Shown here: one piece after another, positions 27,701-41,571 of the stretch
Numbering within the stretch: the stretch's first letter is position 1
How the letters are laid out: every line of letters starts with the position of its first letter
Source of the DNA: Lingula anatina
Taxonomy: Eukaryota > Animalia > Brachiopoda
Reading direction: 5' to 3'
NCBI GenBank assembly: GCA_051362555.1
Contig: CM120646.1
Span: forward strand, 5,022,001 to 5,086,000
Length of the DNA: 64,000 bases
The notes under the pieces: generated by a model
What the model saw: only the letters and a program-made list of their open reading frames with translations
Databases searched by the model: none
What the model was told of the DNA's origin: nothing
Made by a program: the position numbers and the translations under genes

Positions 27701-28259
27701 TAATGAACTTTCACTTAACGTGGACACTTTTAAACCCAAGAATTTGTCTATTGCATGGTTTATAGACAAAATTGCCATTATCACTTCGTGCTACAGGTTT
27801 GTGATTGCAATCACCAAACTAGATTTCTTAGTGGGATTGAAGAAATACCACATGAAAGCTGGCCAAATTTTTTGCAGAGAAGATATGTTCGAACGGGAGT
27901 GATGCAAAGTTTACTGTATTTGCAAGAGGTCTGTGCCAGTCCGTATCAATCCAATCTTTAGAAAGTAAATGGCAAGCCAGTGGCGGAAATTGATGGTCAA
28001 ACCCTCTATAAACTTTTACGGAATCTCTGGTATGACATCGAACTGATGGCAAGGGATTTGTAACGCCTGTGACCTTGGTGAAAAAATCTAGTGAAAAAAG
28101 CTGGTGAAAAAAATAATAAACCAGTACTCACATGTCAACTATTTCACACTTTGTGGGAATATTTTCACAAGTTCTGTGTCACAGAGTATGGTGCCTGAAC
28201 TGCTGTTTTAACTAATTACTGGAAACAGTTCTTGTTAGCTTGTTAGTATATTGATAGCC

Positions 28260-28299
<40 letters not shown>

Positions 28300-28300
28300 G
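28260..28300. repeat. (GA)n microsatellite
   Basis: Direct read. Confidence 0.95.
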
Positions 28301-28848
28301 AGGGGGGGATATATTCTGGGACATATTTGACTCCAAAACCCCAAACCAAGACATCAGCACTAGCACCAGCAATTCAAACTTCCCACATCTCTTTTATCTT
28401 TTTAAAAGTTTTCTTTAATGACACCAAACAACATCCAACTTGACTCCACATCTCTCTTATCTAAGTTCTTTTTGGATGGTTCAATTTCTTTAGATCTTCC
28501 CTCCCTGTAACAAGAGACCCATCTGATCAGATTTATCTTCTGTGCCAGTAGAAAGGTGGGAGGATTCCGTCTGACCTAACAGCAGTGTCAGCGCACAGGG
28601 CGTGAACATAGACATCACCCGACACTTCCTCAATCATCAAGACAATTACAAAGTGTCTGGAAGTGCATACACGCCACTGCTAATTCATTAAATTCACCCC
28701 ATCTTCATCTTTTGATGTCATGGGAGATACTGTTTGGTCATACAAATACAGTCTGAAGATTCCAAATATCTTGTCATATTATTTTGTAAGTACAACAATT
28801 TTCTTTTTTTTTTTTCTTCATTCTGTTGACATGACAGATACCTTTTTT

Positions 28849-28849
<1 letters not shown>

Positions 28850-28891
<42 letters not shown>
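28850..28891. repeat. (TAT)n microsatellite
   Basis: Direct read; source of the poly-Ile and poly-Leu spurious ORFs. Confidence 0.95.
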
Positions 28892-29160
28892 CTTTGACAT
28901 AATAAAAGCCATATTAAGATCCCTTATGCCTTGCCATATTCTATCAAGAAGAAACCTTTGTTATTTTGCTCAATTATGTGAAAGCTGAACTGATATTAGT
29001 TAAAATTTCTTTACACAAATATCAACACATCTTTAATTGGATATTTTCATATCTTATGGTAATTTTTAATGGAATTTTTTTTTCAATTAATTTATTTGCA
29101 ACAAGATGGCGTCAGATACAAAAATGACTAAAATATCAATAAAATTGCCATCATTCTCAC

Positions 29161-29289
29161 CTTGCTATCTTTTAAAAAAATCTTCCAGCGGGATCAAATT
29201 CCTGAATCTTCTTGTCACTTAATAAACTTGGCAGACAATTAAGTTGACTTTTCTTCTCAACTCTTCTAAACCACCTTTCAGAGCCCTAT
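29161..29289 (-). other. Candidate non-coding (5'UTR or lncRNA) internal exon, 129 nt
   Basis: Minus-strand acceptor ctgatcgtttgatttttgcag|A at 29290/29289 with branch-like CTGAT upstream; donor CAAG|GTGAGA at 29161/29160; purine-rich body; stops in all three frames and no ATG. Confidence 0.5.
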
Positions 29290-32200
29290 CTGCAAAAATC
29301 AAACGATCAGTCAATTAATTAATCAGTCAATATAATTAACTAACCAATAAGCCAACTTGCTAATTTAACAAATAAATAAATAAACGGAAGTGAAATCAAA
29401 CTTAAAGGACATTGGCTTTTCAAAATTTTAATTTCTGATCACAAACACATCAAACAAATTTCTTTCTCTAGCATTCCAGTATTCACACAAACTATGTTTA
29501 ATTAGATTAATGTTTTACTGTTGACACGATGCAATGTTATGAAACCGGTCCAAGACACTCAATATAAATCTGGCTTTTAAACAGTCAGGTAGAAGCAGAG
29601 AGTTTCAAATACAGGGATCGCAGAGAGCTGCATTTTGTAAAAATAAAGAAAAAATGTTGACCTTACAAATTTTCTTAGTGCAATAAACACTTATAACTTG
29701 CTTCATGGCAGAAAATCATAAGTTCTGCCAAAAACATGTGTCTATGCAGGTGCAACATCTATTACGTAAACCATCGCTCCGGTTTCCTCACTACACCGCA
29801 ACGCAACGCAACTCAGCATGCAGAGGGTGAATCATTCACTTTAACTTGAGTCATGTGTTCCTGCCAAATTTTCGCACCCCCTCTCCCCTCCACCCCCCCC
29901 CTGGCCCCCCTTTCTCTCACTTCACTCATGCTCGTAAGTTTCCCAACCTATGAAATCTCTTCAGACAAATGCCTTCTCATGCCTCAACCAATGAAAACCT
30001 GTAAGACAAAATGGCTTCAAAAGTTTCATACTGAATACCAGATAAAACAATTCTGAAGACTTATCAATCATGTTGACATAAAGCAGTGAAGAATATCAAA
30101 CAGCTATTACACAATTTTCATCTTTTATCTCTCATCCATTTCTCAGATCATTATATTCAGTTATTAAACCACTGGAAGTAGATTCTTGTATGACTCTTTT
30201 TTTTTCAACTGTTTCATCTCTCATTAAGTTAAGTTACCTTAACCAATGGTAGGAGAATTATCTATTTCCAAGCTACCTCCAATAAACTTCACCAAAGTAT
30301 CCAGTCACCTTACCAAATTCAACACCTGGGCTGTGCCACAAAACTTCTAATCCAAGCCATGGATAACATTACACAGCATGCTGTAATGTGACACCCAAAA
30401 CACCTGGATGCTTATCTGTCCTATCTAATTTAAATTCAAAACAAAACAGCAAAGCTGTCAAATGTCCAGGCATAAAGCAGAAAATAATGATCACACTGCA
30501 CAAAATAATATAACATAATGCTTAACAGTACCACCATCATCTCAATCTCTGTAAATGTTCAACTTGCATTACATGGCAGTTTAATTCCAAACACACTTCT
30601 CATTTCTTTCCTTCATTCAATAACTAGCTCTTCCACTTGCACACAAACTCTTGAACTCAAATCACCACGATGCACTTGTATCTTTTTTTATTGCCACCAC
30701 GCTGAGATGTCAACTAACTCAAGTATTCTCCAGAAATGCTGCTTCTGTCTTGCTGCATACAGACGTCCCTTTTATGTTTAGCAGTCCATTCTCTTTGCAG
30801 TTGAGAGGCCATTTTACACAATAACAAACTCCGAAAATTGGGCTAAAATTTCACTTTACTTTGTTATATATGTATATATACTTCTTTATATATTAAGCAG
30901 CAATATATGCTAAACCTGCTTTATAAAAAAAGACACAGCTATTACATTTAACCCATATGCTCTGTATTCATTATTAAAGGTGTATTATGGATTTAACAGA
31001 GAGAGAGAGAGAGAGAGATGGGAAGGTTTTCTTGTCTTCTTCATTTTTTTTTCTGAAAGTTGACATTTTTATTAAGACTGGTGGTATCATATCCAGTAGA
31101 CAGTATCGACTTCTACTGACTGGGACAGACTGTGGAGCAATTGTACTCCCAGTGTCACCATACTCTTTATTAAAGATGCCAGTCCTGATAAATGAAAATT
31201 TGGATTATTGATGAAAATCAAGGGAGGTTTCTGATTCTGTCTTCCAAAATTATTTAATAAAAATAGAACATTTATCTAAGCCAAATACAAATTCCTATAT
31301 CTATCAACCCAGAAGGCAAACATTGTTATTTTGTAATAATGTTTATTTTTTCATTTATTTATATTCATTTTTTCATTGATTCATTCAGTTATTTATCTAT
31401 TAATTATTTGTTCATTTTTTGCAGGGGGCATCTCAGCACAATATAACTACATGTAAAAATACTGTATCAGCAAAATATTACACACAGTGCATGCTATGTA
31501 TCCAGTTTTCATTTCAATTTCCCCACACAACGGTTACACTGTGTTCCCTGCGGTAGAAGACCCTAGGTCTGCCGCCTGCATCTGATATATGACAAAATGC
31601 TCTTAATAAAACCCCACCATCCATCAACTTATGGGAACAAAATAAAGAAAAGAAAAAACTGAGAGACAATAGCCAGAAATAGAGATGCCTCACCAACAGG
31701 GTTATGATACTGAAATAAAGAGATAAGAATATGTCCGATTTAATTCTGGGCATATATCGTTATCCTCTTCATACATATAAGACTTCAAATATGGATTTTC
31801 ATCCTCCTATCCATATTATAACCCACTTATGTCCAGTAGATGCCCCAAACCTGTATAATGTAATTCCCCCACACCACGAACCAGCACTGTCCAACAAGTG
31901 CCCTGGGTGTGTATTACATTCTTCATCCATGTCAAGGCCCACAACCCTCTAGCAGGTGCCTTGGACATGTATAATTAAGTGTGTGGAGGGAGGAAAGTAT
32001 TGCTGTCACCCCCAATGGTCTTCCCAAGGTCTTGGCTTACATCGAGGACAATATCGCATGGTTTCCAAGCCATGTCTCTGTTCTCCAGCCTCCCTACCTC
32101 TGGCTGCGTGGGGACGATAGGACAGCAAAATAATGAAGATCATAGTGAGATAAAAAAAAAACCAAATTAAGGATGTCTTGGTCATCATTCACAGTCACAT

Positions 32201-32620
32201 TACAGATTCAATGCAGGGTGTGTGGCTATTGGTTCTTGTAGGAAGATATAGAGATACCAGTATACAGGCAGGCACACCTGTGGATTCAGTCTTTTAAATA
32301 ATCTTTTATTTGCCCATTGATTAACTTTCTCTTTGCTTGCTTGTGTAGGCTCCATATCCACATTTTATTTATTTAATTTATTTATTTATTTATTTATTTT
32401 TTTTGTTTGTTTGTTAGTTTGTATATTTACAAGAGAAAGTAAGTCAAACAGTATAAATATTCAAATATTTAAAAAGTGATGGAGGTTTGTATCTGTATTG
32501 TTTATGTGGCCAGGGTAAAAACGTGAAGAAAAGATCTAATAAATTCCCCCACGTGCACACACTATCACCGTATAGACATACACACACTTGGCCGCGGAAA
32601 CTTCTAATTAGCTCATATCA

Positions 32621-32788
32621 CAGGGGCGGATTGAGGCCGTCTTCTGGGTCTTCTGGAAGACGGTCAGATTTTCAAGTTTACATTGACGGGCATCTAATTT
32701 TTTCTGTCAGAAGACGGTCAAAAATAGAGGATGGGTCAACAAAGAAAATTTGGAAGACGGTCAGAAAATAGCTCTGGATCTGCCCCTG
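32621..32788. mobile_element. 168-bp MITE with CAGGGGCGGAT TIRs and a 5-bp TSD
   Basis: caggggcggat ... atctgcccctg, flanked on both sides by tatca; internal repeated gaagacggtca; partial second copy at 62861-62956. Confidence 0.82.
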
Positions 32789-33975
32789 TATCAGTACAAA
32801 TTTCCAATGGTTATTGCAGCACAAACATGCACAACATCTACATATACACCCAAATGGCCCGTAGTTTTTCCTCTGCCCCCTTCATTTTTTGTTATTGATG
32901 GAAGTTACAATGAGATTGAAGGGAGATAGCAAAACAAACATACTTTTACCATAAACACAAGTAAATATCACAGCAACACGTGTTAACAACTGAAATGCCA
33001 GAGGGTGAACTGACATGCGTTATCATGGCTAACATATATGTCTAATGCTGTTGGTTAGAATATTAGAAATGTTAGAAGAAGCAAATTTCAAGTCTCGTGG
33101 GTAAAAAATATATCAGTCTCTACAGAAATGAGTAACTTTTTTTACTATCACCACTGTAGTATTAAGAATCACTCAAAAAGCTATTTCACCATTTTCTTTA
33201 TTATGTGGATTTTTTTCAAGTTAATTTCTATTAACTTAAAGCTAAGTTTCAATCTTAAACTAAGAATCGACTTTCCTACAAATTGAATTTCATTTCATGA
33301 TGTGTATTTTGGTATGCTTCTTTTATATTTTTAAAATGTCAAACTCTGGATAAAACTTTACCACAAACAATATCTGATAAATCAGATACATTTTAGATAA
33401 ACAAAAAACAAATGATTCCAATGATCAAGATCTGAGTTTCATTAATTAATGACTAACAGATCATATCTGCCTTTGAATTCTTTCAAATCTGATTAACCAT
33501 TACTTTCAGCATTTACTGAATTTCAACATGCACCAAAAGCCGTTTTCTTCTAAAATAACAACAGCCTTCTCACATGCTATTTATTTATGTGGATTCTGTA
33601 TGTCTCTACCCACTGCCATTAAAACAACAAAATAATCCTCCAGAAATTTCTCAAAATTTTCAAACGCCTAACCTTAATAATATTCTACTTTTGCAAAATT
33701 TATTAATTAGAAGCAACCAATTCCTTCTCAGCTCAAAGCAAACTTACTTTTTAAAACTATTGAATAATCATTTAACAAACAAAATGTTTTGGGAAGTTAA
33801 AAATTCATGCTGTATAGCTTTATTGAATAGTTATTGTAAACTTTCCAAAGGGCACTTTAATCTTACATATTTTCTATTTAACGATGAGGTGATCTTTTAA
33901 ATCATCCGTCAATATCAATGTGAGTTAAATTCTGGCAATTTAAGTTGTTGTTTTTTTTCTTTTTTGGTCTTAGCA

Positions 33976-34035
33976 AAATACAGAACAAGGTGAGGCAGAC
34001 ATTCTTAGATAAATACAGAACAAGGTGAGGCAGAC
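33976..34035. repeat. Perfect 25-bp direct repeat with a 10-bp spacer
   Basis: aaatacagaacaaggtgaggcagac at 33976 and 34011. Confidence 0.93.
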
Positions 34036-34401
34036 TAAAGAAAATGCCAAAAAGATATCCAGGTTTCGTAAATACAATTCAATGCTGAAATCTGTGACAG
34101 TTTGCCCTATCAATGTGAATCAAATCTTACAATCCACTTCAAACGCATCCCTCATCCAACCCACTTGTTCTAGCCGAGGCTGCTAATCATGGCTGCCAGC
34201 TAAAACCAAGCTGCGCCTCTCCCATTGGACGATTTTTTGGCAGGACTTCTTTGAAGTATACATTGCATTCCTGCATCGATTAGTTTTGGTTTGTAAGACT
34301 AGGATAATTTCTCTCTCTCCCCTGGTTCCAATCTTTATAACCCTCTTTTATTTATTATTGAGAATGACAGAGGTGAGGCCTTTGCCAAAGAGGTGATTCT
34401 G

Positions 34402-34425
34402 AGAGAGAGAGAGAGAGAGAGAGAG
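34402..34425. repeat. (GA)n microsatellite
   Basis: Direct read. Confidence 0.93.
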
Positions 34426-37400
34426 ATAAAGAGTAAGAGAGAGTTTTGGTAAACAGCAAGTTAAAACGCAAAAAATCATAAAACTCCAATGAACTTTGCA
34501 AAGTCCTAGATTATTTTTTTTTACCCTTATATAGCAACTGACACCACAAGTCCCCCCAGTCTAACCCGGCACACAAAAGCTACTTTCATCCCACAACAAA
34601 TTTCTCTACAAATATTCCTCTGACACAATAACACCAAACAAAACCCAAGCCAAATTAATTTTAAATAAGTTTGTTGAAAAAAGATATCTCAAAGACAGAA
34701 GCACTTCAAGTGGAAAATGTTCATTTCACGCTTCCAGTGCCAACAAACACAGGTTAAAACATCCACCTCAATCCTTCACACACGTTCACAGCCATCAAAG
34801 AAAACTCCCAATCAAAAAACCATGGACAAAACTGATTTTCTACTGATAATTCATATTCGGGCCAAAATCTGTTATAAATTAGGCCCAGTACATGGATATC
34901 AAACAAGCTGAGGGTGTGTTGATCTGACAGAGTTCATGTCCCTCAGGATCTCCTCACAATGACACAAGTCGGGTTACAAACAGGGGTTTCTCTTGATCGT
35001 CATTGTCTGGCACACTGGGCTGCATCCAGTGACAGACAAGGATGATGGTCTTTGTCACCTTGAAATAATTTGATCAGAAATAAGGGTAGAAGTGTGAGGA
35101 GAGCAGAGGGAGGGGGGAGAGAGGGGGGGGGTATGGGTTTGTGTACTTCCCTTGCTTGTAAAGTTCTCCTCCTTAACCATGCTCCCCCTAAACCCCCCCC
35201 CCTCTCCTCCATAACACATCAAAACACCTGTTCCTGGGTATTAAGAGGAGTTAACCAGTATTGCACTACCTTGTTCAGTAATTCAGTCAATTTCTTGAAG
35301 ATTTAGACACCTGTCCTTGTCCAAAAGTAAAGTCTACAGAATCAATAGATTGGAAATACTCAGAACCAATGATACTTATAAAGCATGTCTCCTTTTTTCA
35401 GCTGTGCATTTCTCCACACAAAACTGAAACAATTGCATTGTAAAAAAGGGCATAACATTTTTTTACTTTGTCCTCATATCACTTAAAACTTATGCCTTAA
35501 CATTAACATTTAATTAAACATTCCCCTGTTAAGTATAAACTTTATCTAACTATAATGACTTGTGGAAGGGCACCAAAAATGTGACCCGACAATCTCTCTA
35601 CCCTGTATCATCATCAATCTTTTCTAGTCAATTCCCCAAAATCAAATTAATTTCAGATCAGCAGGTTCCTGTTTCCAGAATGACCATACATAATAATATC
35701 TCTTGGCCTCATCTGTCCTTTTCCTCTGACAATAAAACCTGAAATGTCAGGAGCATGGGAAAAATAAACACATTCCAGCACTAGGTTTGTTGATAACTAG
35801 AAGAAATACAATGCGAGTACAATGGTAGTGTTTCCTGTCAACAGGTCAATTACACTGATATAACAAAGTGCATAGGAAATATTGAATGCTGTCTATTTGC
35901 CCAATTTCTTTTTTCCCTTTCTTCACAACGTAATCACACGTGTGCATACAGCCATGGATGCATGCACATACACAGTTACATATATTCAACTTCTCATCTT
36001 TGCCTTCTATATTGTTTCACCTGCTTGCTCTCTCTTCTTTTCCCTTTCTCTCTCAACTTCTCTCTCTCTCTCTCCCTCTCCCTCTCTCTCGTACAAAATA
36101 TAATATACAAAAGAGGAATCTTCTCTGCCACCTTAAGTATATCTTATTAACTGATTCAGCAATGTCAGGAGAAGATGCTCACCTCCTTCCTCACACTGAT
36201 ACTTCCTCTGTTAATCTGAGCACTCATTCAAGTTTCAAGTAGCCATTAAAGAACTTCAGAACAACCGAAGGGTCTACATCACATTTTACCTAACAACTAC
36301 TCATTACTGGAATTATTCACTCAATGATCACAGGTGTAAATTTAGCAAATGACTGTGAAGGCAATCAATGGTTAAAGATAGGCCCTTTTCATACTGAACA
36401 GTTTATTTTAGGGATAAAGCTGTACTTTGATGGGATAACAACTGTTCATTTTGGCCAAAAAATGGATTTTCCTAGGATAAATGAGTTTTCCCATACTTAC
36501 TAATGGTTAGTGATCCCATTCCAACATTTAACGTTAGCCCGTTTTTTTAAATTATTATTATTATATTTAAAGTTTATTTAAGAGAGTAGCCATCTATGGA
36601 GGTCACATGCTGCGATGGCAAGCACAGCTTCCAAAATGCCCCCCCCCCCTTTTGATGGTAAAAAAGAATTCATTTAAGTGTTATGAGATACAAGAAAAAA
36701 TTCAACATCAATCTGATATTGCCTTCAGTCTACACTGATGTCATGCTTTTTTTCTTTAGTTACTGAAGATGTTGTCATAAGTGAGTTACTTACACAAGTG
36801 CTGTATCCTGTTAGTCTTGGGAGAAATCTGGGCAGTATGTGGAAAAACTGGAAAAGAAGGAGAAGGTATTCAGTCAATCAATAAGTTCATTGCTTTCACA
36901 GCAATAACAGCTGTGGTATGTATTGAAGTAACACGATCAAATCTTAATTTTTTCATAAGCTGGAATTAATAGGCATGAAAACTGCTTAACTTGAATCTTT
37001 GCATAAACTGAACATTTTTTTCTTGGGGAGGGGGGGGGTATTGTCAAAGTCCTACCTGTTCCTTTTTTTAAAAAAACATTGATCTGTATTAGTCCTATGA
37101 AACATACATCTGTCACTTTTCAACATTTTCTAAAGGGGATTTATCGATAGAATTTCCAAGAATTTCACACCGTTTTGTGACAGATGTAGGATTCCTCTGT
37201 TATCAACCTCAGGCTTATTTATTTCTCTCCATGTATCAGTGATAAATTACACACATCAAAATCCTCACTCCTTCACATACCCCTAGTGACATAATATGTA
37301 AAAGAAGCAGCTTGTTGCAACAGAATTATTAGCTATTAATCAGCACTGTTTTCTGTCGCAATACGATAAGGAAAAACACCTCTCCGTGCAACAGAGGTAT

Positions 37401-37611
37401 CTCAAGGACATGGTGGTTGTATCTGTCAATTACAGAATTGGGTGTTGGGGAAGTTCTATACCAGTGAACAGTTGACAGAAACTGGTGAACAGATAGTACC
37501 TGCATCTGTAACCAAATGGCACAACTACCTATTATTTGAACTTTCAGAAAAAACACCTTCTAGTAAGTATGTGCTACAACTATTTTTTCTTCTTTTTTTC
37601 AAAAAAAAAAT

Positions 37612-37612
37612 A

Positions 37613-37663
<51 letters not shown>
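37612..37663. repeat. (AAT)n microsatellite
   Basis: Direct read; source of the poly-Asn spurious ORF. Confidence 0.95.
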
Positions 37664-37664
<1 letters not shown>

Positions 37665-37883
37665 GTGGATTCAGTTCCTGTTCTTTACAAACTAGAGAGA
37701 CAAGGCTATGTTGAGAGCAAGGGCACCTGCAACACAGTCTCCTATGAAAAAGTTAGCTATTTTCAATCTAATGAAGGGACAACACCCACTTTATGCAATT
37801 CCCACTCTCAAAACTTCTCTGAGATCATGAGGCCGACATGTCATATGTAGTAGCCATTCCAGACTGGCACATGTCACTCTTTG

Positions 37884-38060
37884 TCAGGGGGCGGAGACTG
37901 GGGTCAATGGGCAGGGCCAGGAGGAAGAGAGTGGGGTCAGGGGAATGGAGACTGGGGTCAGTGGGCGGAACCAGGAACCAGAGACTGGGGTCAAGGGGTG
38001 GAGACTAGGGTCAGGGAATGGAGACCGGGGTCAGGGAGGGATGGGATCTGGATCAGGGGG
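37884..38060 (+). repeat. G-rich degenerate minisatellite (gagactggggtcaggg-like)
   Basis: About seven recurrences of (gaga)ctggggtca / ggggtcagggg variants. Confidence 0.85.
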
Positions 38061-38245
38061 AGATGACATAGAAACAATGATAAGGCACAGTTCACAGAGT
38101 TAGCTGGACCTCCTCAGACCCTGCAGGGGATGCCAAAATGTGGTGTGGGGGTACAAGCTGCAGGAACCTAAGGGACTGGAGAGGGAGACCTGTGAGATGG
38201 GAGAACCTTATATTTGTATGATTTTGATCTTCTCTTTTAGTGTAT

Positions 38246-38248
<3 letters not shown>

Positions 38249-38299
<51 letters not shown>
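38249..38299. repeat. (CT)n microsatellite
   Basis: Direct read. Confidence 0.95.
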
Positions 38300-38303
<4 letters not shown>

Positions 38304-39781
38304 TGTTGTGTGTATGTGCGTATATGCATGAGTACCTGCACGCACACGTACTCTAACACAAACCAGTCGGGCAACACATCTGTCCCTCTGTCACACTACT
38401 TTTCTATTCTCTATGTGCCTGTTTTACGATTTGCTTGGATCCTGATGTCAAATGGCTCTTCAACACCAGCCACAAGAACAGTTGCTCAATTATCAACATA
38501 CAAAAATAGAAAACAGATTCTGTATCATAACTTCCTATTGGTCTCACAGAGAGAAAACCCAGGGTTCAAGCACACAGAATTATTCTCTTTGGGACACGGA
38601 GATTAATCTAAGACGTTTGCACCGAATCACCCCTTCTCATATCACTTCTTATGGCAGGCACACTTCAATGTAGAAAGATAGGGAAATTGCTGCAATTTCT
38701 GTACTAAAACACTAAATCATCAGGAAACAGTGATACCTGACCTATGACCTACGGTCACATGACCCTCTGCTACCAGGGGGCACTCTGTATCAAGAGATGT
38801 CAATTTTCCGAAATTTCTTACAGTATTCCCACCGATTTCGAGTTGTTTGCACCAATGAACCTTTCTACCTAAAAGTGCAACATTTAAAGGGTTTCTTGAT
38901 CAAATTAATTATGAATATGGAAACAAGTGACTGTGTGACCTACAAAAACAATGAACATTTGTTTCTCTTTTCCCTTTTTCAGACCATTTTTTTTTCGATA
39001 CATTAAATGATAAGCAAATTAAAAAAATGATCAGCATTTAAGAAATTCGAGAGCAATATCTGCCATTAATAGTCAAGAGTGAAAGCCAAGAGCTGACTTT
39101 CAGTGGCTTTAATCACCATCTGTGAAAGATGTTATATTCCAGCCACTTTGATTTTTAATAATTTCATCATTTCTACATATATATATATTCTTTTTATCTT
39201 CTAATACAATTTGAGGGTGCTAACAACTGAGCATTTATATTGGCAATCCCCTATAATAACCACAAAAAATAATGTAACTGAGCAAAAAAATGACGTTTTT
39301 AAGCAGTATTTGTTAAAGGACAAAGGACAAAGAAAAAGAAAATTAAATCATCATTACTAGTCATCCAGAATTTAACAGACATCATAAAGACCTACAGTAT
39401 GTGATTCGTGATACACCTATCTCATGTTTAATTATTTGTCGATTTAAAAAAACAAACAAACATGTACACTCATGTTATCAAACTGAAATGAACTTGACAA
39501 TGGAGAAACTTCAAAGAAAAACAATAAATAAATGTATAAATTACCAGTGCAAACCTATTAATAAACAGCATACACAATGCACTAAAAACAATGTAATTAT
39601 GAAAGGAAATATCAACTCTGCAGGAGCTGATAACGGTGTCTCTCTCCCATCTTTCCAGCAGTACATCACGTCCTAGCTTCACTCCCTCCCCCATACCGAG
39701 GAAGTTATAGAGGTTCAAGTGGGAGGAAATCATCGCCCAGCAGTATCAAGAGTTGATTCTGAGAGCTCTGCACCGACTCAC

Positions 39782-39859
39782 CTTGTCAAACATCACCAAA
39801 TCTAACAGCTCTTCTCTCGCATATGCCAACCTGGCACAAATCTGTGCTCGTTGTATCAT
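39782..39859 (-). other. Candidate short coding first exon (MIQRAQICARLAYAREELLDLVMFDK)
   Basis: aaaATG at 39859, open for 26 codons to a consensus donor AAG|GTGAGT at 39782/39781 (phase 0). No homology recognised. Confidence 0.25.
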
Positions 39860-41104
39860 TTTAGTGCTTAATTTGTATGTTTTTTTTTGGATCTTTTTCT
39901 CATAGTTTCCTTAAAAAGAACTGAAAACTTTTTTCTCTGGGTCCTGGTTGTATTCAAACCATTCTAGACAACTGACAGGCCTCCATTTTCATCATGGACA
40001 TGAAAATCTTTAAAAGATGTCAATCAATATTTCTCTGATCATAGCACTTGCAGCCAAAAGCTGATCACATACAATAACAAATGAGTATGAATGTTGTTGA
40101 AAAGGTCTGCTTGCTTCCATATTTCACGATTTTGGTCCTTTTAATCTGGCTGTTTGCCTACCTGAAACCTCTTCAATAGGCAAGTGTCACAAAAAATTTT
40201 TGGTTCCTATGGGCCATGGTACCTATGCAACATACCCCCTCCCCTTAACACCAATATCCACTACACCTTTCAATTCTAAATAAAATGTTAAGCAATCTTG
40301 TTTTCTCAATCATACTGTTTTAGCTTAATCTGGTTTTGAACTTGTATGACACTTTTTCCAGGTCTGTTGTTGGGTCGGTTTTGGGGGATACTTTGAACAA
40401 ACTGCCTTTTTAAAAGGAAAAAAGGTCTGCCCTGAATCCAAATTTTGATCTTGTTTCTATGCCATCAAAGTGAATAGTTACGCCTTTTCAGAAAAAAAAA
40501 AACAAAACCTCCTTTGAAATTGCTGGCTACAGGTCTATTTTCAGTTCAAGAAATCATCGCTTTACATTTATAATGTCTGCTGTATCAGACATAGATAAAG
40601 AACAGCCATTTTGGCCAGAACAGGTAGCTTCTAGTCAAATTCAGATCTAGATTCTACACAACATACCTCAGTCCATTAATGAGTTAAAAAACAGTTTTCA
40701 GAAATAGAACCTTGAAATTATTGGCTACAGGACTACTGTAGTGTATAGATGCCACAACAAGCCTGATATAAACTTGAAAAGCTGAATAGTTTCTTCTGTG
40801 GAGTTAAATCAAATATTAAAATATTCATAACTAGAAACAATAATGGCAATTATGATAAATATCAAAAGATATTCCAGTATCACTTACAGATCAATTCCAC
40901 AAAATAGAAACAAAAACTAAATGACTAACCTGGTATTTTGCCTTCAGCCAGTCAAGTATGGGTACTTCCAAAGAAAATATCTGCAATCTAAAACGAAAAA
41001 CAGAAACTTAACAACAATACCATAATTCTACTTCACAAACAATATCGCCGCATATTACCCCTACCAAATAGGCTCAGAATCAGCTGTAAAAACAATCAAA
41101 ATTT

Positions 41105-41360
41105 TTACATGCAATATATCTTTTCAAGCAAGCCATATTCAATGTGTTTTTGATAAGTAAAAAGCCTTATTCCGAACCCATTACAACCATTTAAATTCCT
41201 CTCTGAACTCGGAGGATTGCTCCCCCACTTGGCTTTCGTTAACTTTTTCCTTCTTCTGAATAAATTCTGATGACGAGGAGCTAGTTTCTGATTAGAGTTG
41301 AAAAACCCAGACTGGTGTTTGTCTATAATCAAGGTTTTCTTAAGAGTATTTAAAGAAATA
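41105..41360 (-). pseudogene. Decayed L2/CR1-type LINE RT fragment
   Basis: LKKTLIIDKHQSGF resembles L..NNLL...QSGFR; further on, FYLSKT / IEYGLLEKIY resembles DLSKAFD..H.LLL.KL; frameshifted. Confidence 0.35.
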
Positions 41361-41513
41361 GTTTTTCTTTTTTTTTTTTTTTTTTTTTTGCATTAATTTG
41401 GATGGGGTATGACTAACGCAGTAACACCTGTGGTTAAATAGTTTCATTGGTTTTTAGAAGTTGCTTATAACTTTGAATTCTGGATACCAGTAATAAAACT
41501 GAAACGGTACTCA

Positions 41514-41567
<54 letters not shown>
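41514..41567. repeat. (TG)n microsatellite
   Basis: Direct read. Confidence 0.95.

Positions 41568-41571
<4 letters not shown>

Noticed and set aside
31550-31575. GC-rich hairpin gcggtagaagaccctaggtctgccgc
   Set aside because: Isolated 26-nt stem-loop with no associated element ends or other context.
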